DNA from: Holosporales bacterium
GTDB lineage: Bacteria; Pseudomonadota; Alphaproteobacteria; RUG11792
Assembly: GCA_031262205.1 (NCBI GenBank)
Contig: JAISID010000020.1
Location: 1-63,155 of the forward strand
DNA: 63,155 nucleotides
Direction of reading: 5' to 3'
The translations under genes and the position numbers were made by a program. The notes below the pieces were generated by a model. It ran no database searches. It had not been told where the DNA came from and saw only the letters and a program-made list of their open reading frames with translations. Positions within the stretch are counted from its first letter, which is position 1. Each line of letters starts with the position of its first letter. Of this stretch, positions 47,265 through 56,314 are shown one piece after another.

Positions 47265-48134
47265 ATGAAAAAGTGGATTTACTGCATCGCCGCAATGTGT
47301 ATGTTGTCGCTTAACGCTTTGGGAACAAGAATAACAACCGATTCTATCGTCGATATAAAAGAACAACTACAAGAAGCCGACGCCAATACGTGGGTAATTT
47401 TTGATTGCGACGACACGCTTATAAGAAACAAAGATCAGATATTAAGAAGAAAAAACGAACTTTTCCTAATGACCAACGCCGCAGCTCTAATCGCATTAAA
47501 AGGGATTTCGCCAAAGAAATTTAAAGAGATGGTAAAAACAGTATTGCAAACGGCCGAGCTGACTCTCGTTCACGACGACTTGCCCAAAATAGTAAAAAAC
47601 TTACAAGAAAAAGGAGTTAGAGTTTTAGTCCTCACGGCAATGGTAAACGAACGATTCGCAGCCGCTCAAGCACTCGATATTAGGATTAAAAAATTAAAAA
47701 GTTTCGGTTTTGATTTTTCAAAGGGTTGGGAAACGGTATCTAGAAAACCCTTCAAAAAACCGTCGAAAGAATCCCCTCGTTACAGACATGGAATCCTCTG
47801 CTCGGAGAAAAGACGCAAAGGAGAGGCGTTAAAATCATTCGTTAAACTGTCTTCTAAGAAACCGTCTAAAATTATCTTCGTAGACGATATAGAAAAAAAC
47901 TTAGAAGACGTTGAAAAGGCCGCGAAAGAACTTGGAATTAAATTCACCGGAATACTATATACGGCCGCTAGCCGTCCTCTTCCAAACGAACTGCCGTTTT
48001 CAGAAGAAATAGGAAAGTTCCAGTTAGAATACATTTGCGATACGGGGAAATGGTTATCCGACGAAAAAGCGAGCCGCAAGATTCTTGAGCGGAGTTCTAA
48101 TATAACAGACGCATCCGATAACAAGAACCGTTAA
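47265..48134 (+). CDS. Exported HAD-superfamily hydrolase-like protein (possibly DUF2608-type)
   Basis: Signal-like MKKWIYCIAAMCMLSLNALG. HAD motif I is VIFDCDDTLI (DxDxT), motif II region is VLVLTAM, and motif IV is IIFVDD. Confidence 0.55.
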   Translation: MKKWIYCIAAMCMLSLNALGTRITTDSIVDIKEQLQEADANTWVIFDCDDTLIRNKDQILRRKNELFLMTNAAALIALKGISPKKFKEMVKTVLQTAELTLVHDDLPKIVKNLQEKGVRVLVLTAMVNERFAAAQALDIRIKKLKSFGFDFSKGWETVSRKPFKKPSKESPRYRHGILCSEKRRKGEALKSFVKLSSKKPSKIIFVDDIEKNLEDVEKAAKELGIKFTGILYTAASRPLPNELPFSEEIGKFQLEYICDTGKWLSDEKASRKILERSSNITDASDNKNR

Positions 48135-48884
48135 GGCTTCTTGAAACAGAGTAATTGGGGTTATCCGCGCCGCAATAAAAAAATTAAATAACAGAAAACC
48201 CGCAGCCATAATTAGTTTGGCATATGGTCTCGGTCGTTCCGCGTCTTTAAGAAACTCAAAGTTTTTAAAAAACCCAAAATTTTTGAGAAACCCAAAAGAC
48301 GGTCGCCAGGTTGAGAACGTACAAAAACTTAAAAGAACAATATATAGGGAACAGCATAATTTAAAAAAGGCCGCGTCCTTCATCGCGTATATCGTCGCTG
48401 AAAATACTGTTGAAAGAATAAGCGTTATCGAAACCATCGCATCGTTCTCAAGTTTCGCTCTAGCATACTTATAAACGGCGATAAAAGAACAAGAAAACAA
48501 AGGCGTTAATATCACGTCTCTAGCATAGTGATATCCCGCTAAAACAATGCATGTTCCAATCGTTATTAACAAAAGACAAAGCGCAAGCCTAACCGCCGTA
48601 TTTTTGTTTGCCGTTATCAGCCAGACGTAAAACGCCGTTTGAAAATTCATATGTCCGCTGGGAAAGCCGTACCCCGTTCCCGGACACGTTTCAGGCAATG
48701 GAAACTTAAAAACATTTTTCAAAATGAAATTATACATCATCGTTAAAATGAGAACGCAGATCAGATCAAAATAGCAATGCTCTTTCTTCGAGAAAATAAA
48801 CATAAAAACCAAGAAGGCAAAGACTGCATATGGATTATTTACTATATGTAAAAAACTTTTCGCAAATAGCGTTAAATCAATCAT
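48054..48884 (-). CDS. PAP2-superfamily membrane phosphatase
   Basis: Multi-TM. It has the acid-phosphatase motifs PSGH (GFPSGHMNF) and HxxxD (GYHYARDV). The first motif is degenerate (KNVFKFPLP). The 3' end overlaps the convergent HAD gene by 81 nt. Confidence 0.6.
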   Translation of the reverse strand: MIDLTLFAKSFLHIVNNPYAVFAFLVFMFIFSKKEHCYFDLICVLILTMMYNFILKNVFKFPLPETCPGTGYGFPSGHMNFQTAFYVWLITANKNTAVRLALCLLLITIGTCIVLAGYHYARDVILTPLFSCSFIAVYKYARAKLENDAMVSITLILSTVFSATIYAMKDAAFFKLCCSLYIVLLSFCTFSTWRPSFGFLKNFGFFKNFEFLKDAERPRPYAKLIMAAGFLLFNFFIAARITPITLFQEALTVLVIGCVCYIRTPLKNLAARFFVG

Positions 48885-49129
48885 AATCTCTCAGAACCTA
48901 GATTCTTGGCTAACCCGCGTTAATTATACCAGCAAATTATTGTGAATCATCCTTTAGCCTGCAGCTGAACAAACTAAAGTTCCTACAAATGAATTATCGT
49001 CGCGAAACTAAAACGGATTACGCTTAGTGTTTAAAATAATCCTTTCATAGGAGATCGCACGTCATGAAACGACTCCCCAGTTATCCGTGTCCTCTCCCCT
49101 AGCTTTAAAACCTTAAGAAACCATCCCGC

Positions 49130-50113
49130 TTATAAATTGCATATAGATTTAGCGGTTTGAACAATCTTATCCACGTTTGGCAACGCTAGATTCTCCAAAT
49201 TTTTAGCATACGGCATAGGAACGTCGGCCGTCGCTATTCTCCTAGGCTCGCAATCTAAATAGTCGAAAGCGTTCTCAACGACGACAGAAGTAATTTCAGA
49301 ACCGATTCCGCAAGAAAGCCAGCCTTCCTCAATATTAAGTATTCTTCCAGTCTTCTTCACCGATTCGATTATCGCGTTTTTATCGATCGGCCTAAGACTT
49401 ATTAAATTGACGACCTCCGCCGAAATGTCGTATTGCGTCTGCAATATCTCCGCCGCTTGCATAGCATGCTCGACGGATATTGAAAACGCCGTAATAGTTA
49501 TATCGCTTCCGCTTCGCATAATTATAGCTTTATCTAATGCAATCGGTTCCACGGCGCCTTCCGGCATTTCAAAACTCTTGCCATAAAGGATTTCGTGCTC
49601 TAAGAACACTACTGGATTATCGTCTCTTATCGCCGCCTTCAATAAAGCCTTCGCTTCAAAAGAGTTGTAAGGCGAAACAACCTTTAACCCTGGACAATGA
49701 GCGTACCAACTTGCAAAGCATTGCGAATGCTGAGCCGCAACGTTCCTAGGAGCGCCGTTAGGCCCTCTAAACACTATGGGACAATTAAGTTCCCCTCCAG
49801 ACATATAAAGCGTTTTGGCTGCGGAATTTACTATATGATCAATCGCCTGCATCGCAAAATTAAACGTCATAAACTCGACTATAGGACGAAGACCTCCAAA
49901 CGCCGCGCCGACTCCAATTCCCGTAAAGCCGTATTCCACAATCGGAGTATCGATAACTCTTTCGTCTCCAAATTCTTTTAGAAGGTCTTGGCTAGCCTTA
50001 TAAGCCCCTTGATATTGCCCGACTTCCTCGCCCATTAAAAATACGTTTGGATCGCGTCTCATCTCTTCGGCGATAGCGTCTCTAATCGCTAATCTAAACG
50101 AAAGGTTGCTCAT
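49130..50113 (-). CDS. pdhB: Pyruvate dehydrogenase E1 component beta subunit
   Basis: 327 aa. REAIRDAIAEEM-like N-terminus, GEEVGQYQGAYK, DTPI.E.GF.G, and transketolase-like pyrimidine-binding and C-terminal domains. Confidence 0.9.
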   Translation of the reverse strand: MSNLSFRLAIRDAIAEEMRRDPNVFLMGEEVGQYQGAYKASQDLLKEFGDERVIDTPIVEYGFTGIGVGAAFGGLRPIVEFMTFNFAMQAIDHIVNSAAKTLYMSGGELNCPIVFRGPNGAPRNVAAQHSQCFASWYAHCPGLKVVSPYNSFEAKALLKAAIRDDNPVVFLEHEILYGKSFEMPEGAVEPIALDKAIIMRSGSDITITAFSISVEHAMQAAEILQTQYDISAEVVNLISLRPIDKNAIIESVKKTGRILNIEEGWLSCGIGSEITSVVVENAFDYLDCEPRRIATADVPMPYAKNLENLALPNVDKIVQTAKSICNL

Positions 50114-51084
50114 AATGCTACGTCTCTTTCTAAAGCGGCGGCTTCCGGAACTTCGGATTTTATTGCAAATTCCGCCGCAGCGTTTACGATATCCGCAACT
50201 TCCGAGTCTATCTCAGTTATGTCTGTCTCGGGAATTGCAAAGTTTTTAATGAGTTCATTCTTGACTCTAGATACCGGGTCTCTAGTTTTTTTAACGTTTT
50301 CAACTTCCTCGCGAGTTCTATAAGTCGCTGGGTCGGATATTGAATGTCCTCTGTAGCGGTATGTATCCATGTGCAAGATAACTGGTCCTTCCCCTCCTCT
50401 AACTCGCTCAATAGCCTTTTTTGATTTAACAATCACGTCAAACACATCCATGCCGTCTATTAAAATCGTTTCAATGCCAAACGGGTCTCCTCGATTTTTT
50501 AAACCGTTCTTGCCAGCCGCAGCTCGACTTTCTGAAGTACCCAGGGCGTAACGGTTGTTTTCAAGGACAAACACAACAGGCAGTTTCCAAAGAGAAGCCA
50601 TATTAAAAGCCTCGTAAACTTGCCCTTGGTTTGCCGCTCCGTCTCCATAAAAGGTAAAAGAAACTCCGCCGTCTTTTTTATATTTGTGAGAAAGCCCAAG
50701 CCCGACGCCTATAGGAACCTGCGCTCCGACTATTCCGTTTCCTCCATAGAAACGATGCTCCTTGCTATACATATGCATAGAGCCGCCTTTCCCTTTAGAG
50801 CATCCTGCGGCTTTCCCGCAAAGCTCCGCCATCACGGCGTTGGGAGAAACGCCCAACGTTATCATATGAACGTGGTCTCTATAACTAGTGATTACGCTGT
50901 CTTGCGATTGCATATTATGAGAAAGCCCGACGATTACCGCCTCTTGCCCGATATATAAATGGCAAAATCCATAAATATGGCCTTGAGTATAAAGCGCTCC
51001 CACTCTTTCCTCAAAAACCCTCGCCAGCTTCAATTGACGATAAAGTTTCTTTACGGTCTCAAGATCAAACTCTTTAAAAGTCAT
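50110..51084 (-). CDS. pdhA: Pyruvate dehydrogenase E1 component alpha subunit
   Basis: 324 aa. TPP-binding motif GDGAANQGQVYEAFNMA...VVFVLENN, and phosphorylation-loop-like YRYRGHSISDP. There is a 4-nt overlap with pdhB. Confidence 0.9.
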   Translation of the reverse strand: MTFKEFDLETVKKLYRQLKLARVFEERVGALYTQGHIYGFCHLYIGQEAVIVGLSHNMQSQDSVITSYRDHVHMITLGVSPNAVMAELCGKAAGCSKGKGGSMHMYSKEHRFYGGNGIVGAQVPIGVGLGLSHKYKKDGGVSFTFYGDGAANQGQVYEAFNMASLWKLPVVFVLENNRYALGTSESRAAAGKNGLKNRGDPFGIETILIDGMDVFDVIVKSKKAIERVRGGEGPVILHMDTYRYRGHSISDPATYRTREEVENVKKTRDPVSRVKNELIKNFAIPETDITEIDSEVADIVNAAAEFAIKSEVPEAAALERDVAL

Positions 51085-51200
51085 GCATTAAAAATTTTCT
51101 TTTATTATGTTCTTCATGATATAGCCGTCAAACGTCGTTGTCAATTTACAAGGCAAACCTCTCATCAGTCTGCGTTTGCTCCGCCGAAATTCCGTTGTTC

Positions 51201-51683
51201 CTAGCCGACCGATTCTAGAAGCAGACGCTGCTCGTCTCCCTCTCTTAAGCTATTTAGAATATATCTTAATCGCTCGACGCTTGCATCTACTAGTCTGTCT
51301 CCATAGGTTCTAACCATGGCGACATTTACGCAACCCGTTACGTCCTCCTCTGGATTCGTACTGAAAACTTGACACTGGTAAGTTTCGTCGCTTCGCTTAA
51401 TCATTATGGCAAGCAAAATTCGCAACGGCATATCGTTTGGATTTTTAAGAAATTCCTTGCATATCTCTTGAACAAGCTCAAACTTTTGCAGCGAGGTTCC
51501 AGTTTTTAGAATCCATACCGGCGTACAATCGCTTATGAATCTCGGCGTTATAGTTAAGTCTCGGTTAACAACAATTCTTAACGGCCAACCGCCGTTATCT
51601 TTCATTTCGCCGCCTGCAGCCGTTGCGACGTTATGGCAGGCCGCAGCGAATAAATACAATTTAATTATGCTTTTGATATTCAT
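51201..51683 (-). CDS. Hypothetical exported protein
   Basis: 160 aa. Signal-like MNIKSIIKLYLFAAACHNVATA. The post-signal motif PLRIVVNRDLT resembles PLRIFVNDILT in the 34160-35257 protein. Confidence 0.5.
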   Translation of the reverse strand: MNIKSIIKLYLFAAACHNVATAAGGEMKDNGGWPLRIVVNRDLTITPRFISDCTPVWILKTGTSLQKFELVQEICKEFLKNPNDMPLRILLAIMIKRSDETYQCQVFSTNPEEDVTGCVNVAMVRTYGDRLVDASVERLRYILNSLREGDEQRLLLESVG

Positions 51684-51879
51684 ATTGTTCTTAAAGACAT
51701 TTTTATAATTATATTATAAAAACTACCGCAAAAATGCAACTTATAATGCAAAACGCGGCTATACATTCCATACTTAAAGGCTCGCATTCGCCAATATATC
51801 AAAAAACTCGCCCAAACGTTGACCTTTCATAGGATTCTATAGGATAATAAAATATCTAAAATAATTCAAAAAGGCTTGC

Positions 51880-52749
51880 GTGAAAGGCATAATACTGGCG
51901 GCGGGGTCTGGAACAAGGCTTTATCCCGCTTCTCTTCCCATTTCAAAAATATTGTTGCCAATCTACGATAAGCCCATGATTTATTATCCCTTATCAACTC
52001 TCATGCTTGCGGAGATTAGGGATGTTTTAATAATAACAAATCAATCGGATCACGCGGCTTTCAAAAGGCTCTTAGGGGACGGTTCTCACCTCGGCATAAA
52101 TATTCAATATTCTATCCAGCGCGTTCAACGCGGGATAGCCGACGCTTTCATAATAGCCGAGGAATTTATAAACCGGGAAAACGTCGTTCTTATTCTCGGA
52201 GACAACGTATTTTACGATCCGTCCTTTCCAACCCTACTAAAAAACATAATAAAGCGAAGCGACGGAGCCACAATCTTAGGACATAAAGTGAGCGATCCGA
52301 AAAGATTTGGAGTAGTTGAATTCGACGAAAATCGGAAGGTAATCTCGCTTGAAGAAAAACCTGAGAATCCCAAATCTTCGTATGCGGCCACAGGCTTGTA
52401 TTTTTACGACGACCGCGTCTGCGAATATGCGAAACAAGTCGTTCCGTCTAGCAGAGGCGAACTTGAAATCACAGACTTAAACAAAATATACATGCGAAAT
52501 GGAAAACTCGGCGTCGAACCTCTCGGCGACGAATTTACTTGGTTTGACACGGGAACCCACGATTCTATACTCCTGGCAAGCAACAAAATAAAAGAATTGG
52601 AATTAAAAAACAAAATGAAAATCGGTTGCATAGAGGAAATAGCGCTCAAGCAAAAATTCATTTCCGCCGAAGATTTAACGCGGAATATAAATAAATATAA
52701 AGACAACGGTTATTACGATTACCTTAAAGAGCTGGTTAAAAACTCATGA
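51880..52749 (+). CDS. rfbA: Glucose-1-phosphate thymidylyltransferase (GTG start)
   Basis: KGIILAAGSGTRLYPAS..., LGDN.FY, and EKPENPKS.YA.TGLYFYD are canonical RmlA motifs. Confidence 0.9.
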   Translation: MKGIILAAGSGTRLYPASLPISKILLPIYDKPMIYYPLSTLMLAEIRDVLIITNQSDHAAFKRLLGDGSHLGINIQYSIQRVQRGIADAFIIAEEFINRENVVLILGDNVFYDPSFPTLLKNIIKRSDGATILGHKVSDPKRFGVVEFDENRKVISLEEKPENPKSSYAATGLYFYDDRVCEYAKQVVPSSRGELEITDLNKIYMRNGKLGVEPLGDEFTWFDTGTHDSILLASNKIKELELKNKMKIGCIEEIALKQKFISAEDLTRNINKYKDNGYYDYLKELVKNS

Positions 52750-53414
52750 TTTTAGAACTTCAAAACATAGGCGTAAAATTTAAATCCGGCGATTCGTTTA
52801 TCAATGTTTTAAACGACGTAAATTTCTCTATTAACAAAGGAGAAAGCGTTAGCCTTGTCGGCCCAAGCGGAACGGGAAAATCAACTTTGCTTCAAGTATC
52901 CGCTCTTCTCGAAAAACCGACGAGCGGAGAAGTCGTCGTACACGGAAAACGTACAAGCGATTTATCCGACGACGAAAGAACGAAAATCCGTCGTGAAAAT
53001 ATCGGATTCGTATACCAGTTTCATAACTTACTCCCCGAATTTTCCGCTTTGGAAAACGTTATGATTCCGTCTCTTATAAACAATACGCCTCGGGAAATCG
53101 CTAAGCAGAAAGCCTTAGACTTGCTTGATAAAGTCGATATGAGCCATAGAGCGAATCATAATTCAAAAACTCTATCGGGCGGAGAACAGCAAAGAATCGC
53201 TATCGCAAGAGCGTTAGCAAACGATCCAGACATAATAATTGCGGACGAGCCGACGGGGAATCTTGATCCGACCAATGCGGAAATAATCTTTAATCTGTTC
53301 CTTTCGCTTGTTAAAAACAATGGAGCTTCGCTCTTTATGGCGACTCATAACATTGAATTTGCAAAAAGATTAGATAGACTAGTCGCGATTTCCAACGGAA
53401 CAATTAATAATTAA
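52746..53414 (+). CDS. lolD: Lipoprotein-releasing ABC transporter ATP-binding protein
   Basis: Walker A GPSGTGKST, LSGGEQQRIAIARAL, Walker B IIIADEPTGNLD, and LolD-type size (222 aa). There is a 4-nt overlap with rfbA. Confidence 0.75.
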   Translation: MILELQNIGVKFKSGDSFINVLNDVNFSINKGESVSLVGPSGTGKSTLLQVSALLEKPTSGEVVVHGKRTSDLSDDERTKIRRENIGFVYQFHNLLPEFSALENVMIPSLINNTPREIAKQKALDLLDKVDMSHRANHNSKTLSGGEQQRIAIARALANDPDIIIADEPTGNLDPTNAEIIFNLFLSLVKNNGASLFMATHNIEFAKRLDRLVAISNGTINN

Positions 53415-53490
53415 ATCTAAAATATTTACGGTCTTTTCTGATTAAAAGCAAATAACTCAAAAAACGTTATTCTTTAAATACGTAAATCGA

Positions 53491-53619
53491 TTACGCTAAA
53501 AAATCAATACGCAAAATATGCATTGCAACAATAAGAGCCGCCCATGCCCCGGCAGTTCTCCAAGATAGGAACAGCCTAATAGTCGGCTGTGTCTTAATGA
53601 TTTCTTCCTCAGAATGCAT
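53491..53619 (-). CDS. Possible small membrane protein (42 aa); weak resemblance to bacterial aa3 oxidase subunit IV-type peptides
   Basis: ATG at 53619. It translates MHSEEEIIKTQPTIRLFLSWRTAGAWAALIVAMHILRIDFLA, an acidic N-terminus plus one TM segment. The evidence is weak. Confidence 0.2.
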   Translation of the reverse strand: MHSEEEIIKTQPTIRLFLSWRTAGAWAALIVAMHILRIDFLA

Positions 53620-54011
53620 ATAACCTCTTATTTCTTAGGCTAAAGAATATTTGCGCCTTCGAGGGGATTTCTAGATTATAATCACAACAGTCTTCAACCG
53701 CTATCTCCTCTTTTTTGCTATAATATTTACTTGAGAACTATTTCTTAGCGCTTCTTAGCATCATAACTTTTAAAATATGGTTGCAAACCATCCGAAATTC
53801 GGCGTTTACTCTATCGCATATGCTGAGGATTTAGCGGGCAACATCCGCGATGTTTAGCCATATCTGTATTATGACCGATATTTCCTTGAAACAACCTTTA
53901 ACTGCTTTTTTAATCTCCCGGCAGTATGCTTTTTTATACTAGGAAACAAGCCAAATAATAAATATTGACTGCTAATCTCATTCCAAAGACAACGTGAAAA
54001 CGACTGATTCA

Positions 54012-55049
54012 TTAACCTTCAAATACAGTGTTTAGCTGGCGATTAACCCTATAAAAACTTGCGAACTTCGGAATATCTTTCAGCCTTCTAGCTCCGATAT
54101 ATCCCATACAAGAACGAATCCCGCCTAATATTTCATCGTTTATATCGTCGATCGAACCTTTGTATGGAACCTCTACTAAACGACCTTCCGAAGCCCTATA
54201 TTTAGGCATTCCATTATAAAACTTTTTCTGAGCGTATTCGGAACTCATGCCGTAAAATATCTTGTATTTCTTCCCGTTTTTTTCAATAACTTCCCCGTCG
54301 GCCTCGGATGCTCCAGCATAATAGCCGCCTATCATAACAAAATCGGCTCCCGCTCCAAGCGCTTTGCAGACGTCTCCTGGGCAAGTTATGCCGCCGTCGG
54401 CGCATACCATTCCTCCCACGCAGTGAGCCGCCTCGGCGCATTCTATAACAGCGGACAATTGAGGACGCCCGACACCTGTTATTCTTCTAGTTAAACAAGC
54501 CGAACCCGGCCCAATTCCAACCTTCACAATCGAAGCCCCAGATAAAATCAAATCTTCCGTTATATCGCCGGTAACGACGTTGCCAACCATCAGCGGCCCT
54601 TCATAACCCATTTCTCTTAGAGTTACTACAAGTTTCTTCACCGGCGGAATATACCCGTTTGGAACATCGATACAAATTGAAACTTTGGGATCGTACGCTA
54701 TCGCGCGTTTAGCAATATCGATATCCCGCTCCCTTAATCCAATCGATAAAAAAACCGACGGCTTTTGCTCGGGATTAACGCTTGATAAAAATTCCTCTAC
54801 CTGTTCGTAATTATAATGTTTATGAAGACAAGAAAATAAATTCTTACCCAGCATTTTCTTTGCTATTTCAAAAACTCCTACCGTTCCCATATTCGCGTTT
54901 ATAATACCGGTTCCGGATACTTGAACGTTAGAGTGAAGAAACGAGTAAACTCTAGTTAAATCGGCGTCCGATCTTGAAATAACAGTAGAACGCTTAGGCC
55001 TTAATAAAACGTCTGGAAAATCCAACTGGATGTCGTCGTACATCCTCAT
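54012..55049 (-). CDS. guaC: GMP reductase
   Basis: MRMYDDIQLDFPDVLLRPKRSTVISRSDADL parallels E. coli GuaC [36 protein letters not shown]/GMPR barrel motifs are present (GIGPGSACLTR, active-site Cys loop). Confidence 0.9.
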   Translation of the reverse strand: MRMYDDIQLDFPDVLLRPKRSTVISRSDADLTRVYSFLHSNVQVSGTGIINANMGTVGVFEIAKKMLGKNLFSCLHKHYNYEQVEEFLSSVNPEQKPSVFLSIGLRERDIDIAKRAIAYDPKVSICIDVPNGYIPPVKKLVVTLREMGYEGPLMVGNVVTGDITEDLILSGASIVKVGIGPGSACLTRRITGVGRPQLSAVIECAEAAHCVGGMVCADGGITCPGDVCKALGAGADFVMIGGYYAGASEADGEVIEKNGKKYKIFYGMSSEYAQKKFYNGMPKYRASEGRLVEVPYKGSIDDINDEILGGIRSCMGYIGARRLKDIPKFASFYRVNRQLNTVFEG

Positions 55050-55275
55050 AGCAAAACAATCCTAAATAAAAATTTATCTCTTACTCCAACTTATAAAACA
55101 TAGCATATACACAGCTAAAAAGTCAATTTCTATTCCTCATTAGCCAAAGTTTTTTAGGAGACGCTCGCTCCAGAAACGTCAAACCTAGTTAAAAAAACAA
55201 AGACCGAATTAACGATTTATTAACCAATCCTTTTTAAAATGAAAATATCGAGAATAATTCCGCAAAGGATTTAAA

Positions 55276-56100
55276 ATGAGCAAACCGTTTTCATCGACAA
55301 TAATGTTTTTAGTTATTTCCACATTAATCGCCGACTTTCCTATATGTCTTGGAAGTAGCGAAGATAAAATTATCGCCGCTGGCGAAGGAAAAACGGAGGT
55401 CGCTCCCGTCGCGGAGAAAACAACCGCTCAAAGCATCCTTCCTGAAAAGAAATACAACGAACTAGCCACATTTGAAAATTTTGATAAAGTCGTTAATCGA
55501 ACGTTTCTTGTAGAACCGTTAAGACAAATCAGCGATAATTCATGGCTCATTATGGCCGATTTTATAAAACTCTTAAAATCAATCGATTGGAAAGGGAAAC
55601 AAAATCTAGATGCGGTTATTATACAAGACGCTGTCGCAGCGTTGATTCTTAATCCGGGGCAAACCCTAGTCGCCTCTATTTTCGTCGAGTTTTTACAAAA
55701 AGAGTTTTCTAAAGCGAATGAAAATATGTTGCAAGTTTGGGACTCGATTATTAAGCTAGAATCGACTTTAGGAACAAATAATTTTTCATCTGTTTTTTCT
55801 TGGCTTCCAATCGTATTCAACGGCGAACGTTTTGAAATCCGATTCGACGTTTTTTCCAGAAACGCATTGAACGAACTTAAGAGATTATCGGATAAATTCA
55901 ACACCTTTCTCAATAATTTAAAGGGCAAGAATGCAAAAGAGAAAATAAGCTCTCTAAACGAGCTAAAGAAAATGTTCCCAGGAGATAGAGCGAAAAAGAT
56001 ACCGGATTTGCATAACAATAGAAACAGCACTGCGCAAACAAAATGCGTAAGCATTATCGCAATATTAAACAATCTAATTAAAGTTATGGCGAACCAATAG
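55276..56100 (+). CDS. Hypothetical exported protein
   Basis: AAAGGA upstream. Signal-like MSKPFSSTIMFLVISTLIADFPICLG. No recognised family. The antisense 214-aa ORF is judged spurious. Confidence 0.5.
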   Translation: MSKPFSSTIMFLVISTLIADFPICLGSSEDKIIAAGEGKTEVAPVAEKTTAQSILPEKKYNELATFENFDKVVNRTFLVEPLRQISDNSWLIMADFIKLLKSIDWKGKQNLDAVIIQDAVAALILNPGQTLVASIFVEFLQKEFSKANENMLQVWDSIIKLESTLGTNNFSSVFSWLPIVFNGERFEIRFDVFSRNALNELKRLSDKFNTFLNNLKGKNAKEKISSLNELKKMFPGDRAKKIPDLHNNRNSTAQTKCVSIIAILNNLIKVMANQ

Positions 56101-56183
56101 TTTAAAATTGGGGAAATTATCTTATAACTTGGATCAGCAAAAATAACGTCGTATTTTCTCCTTCCGCAGGCTTATTATATTTG

Positions 56184-56314
56184 GGAATCATTCCCCAATA
56201 CCTTATAAATAACGGTTGTATACGAGAAACCTAATTGAAATGAGCAACAAGATCATTACTGATTAAAATTGATTAATTACAAATGAGGTTTTAAGGCGTT
56301 AGGGTATGATTTCC
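56184..56314. repeat. Short intergenic module (type X), GGAATCATTCCCCAATAC ... CGTTAGGGTATGATTTCC
   Basis: Aligns with 6392-6497 and 31477-31598. Confidence 0.8.

Noticed and set aside
55428-56072. 214-aa ORF (-) antisense to 55276-56100
   Set aside because: It is rich in S/F/L/C, with no ribosome-binding site and no signal logic. The plus-strand ORF has a Shine-Dalgarno sequence and a clean signal peptide.
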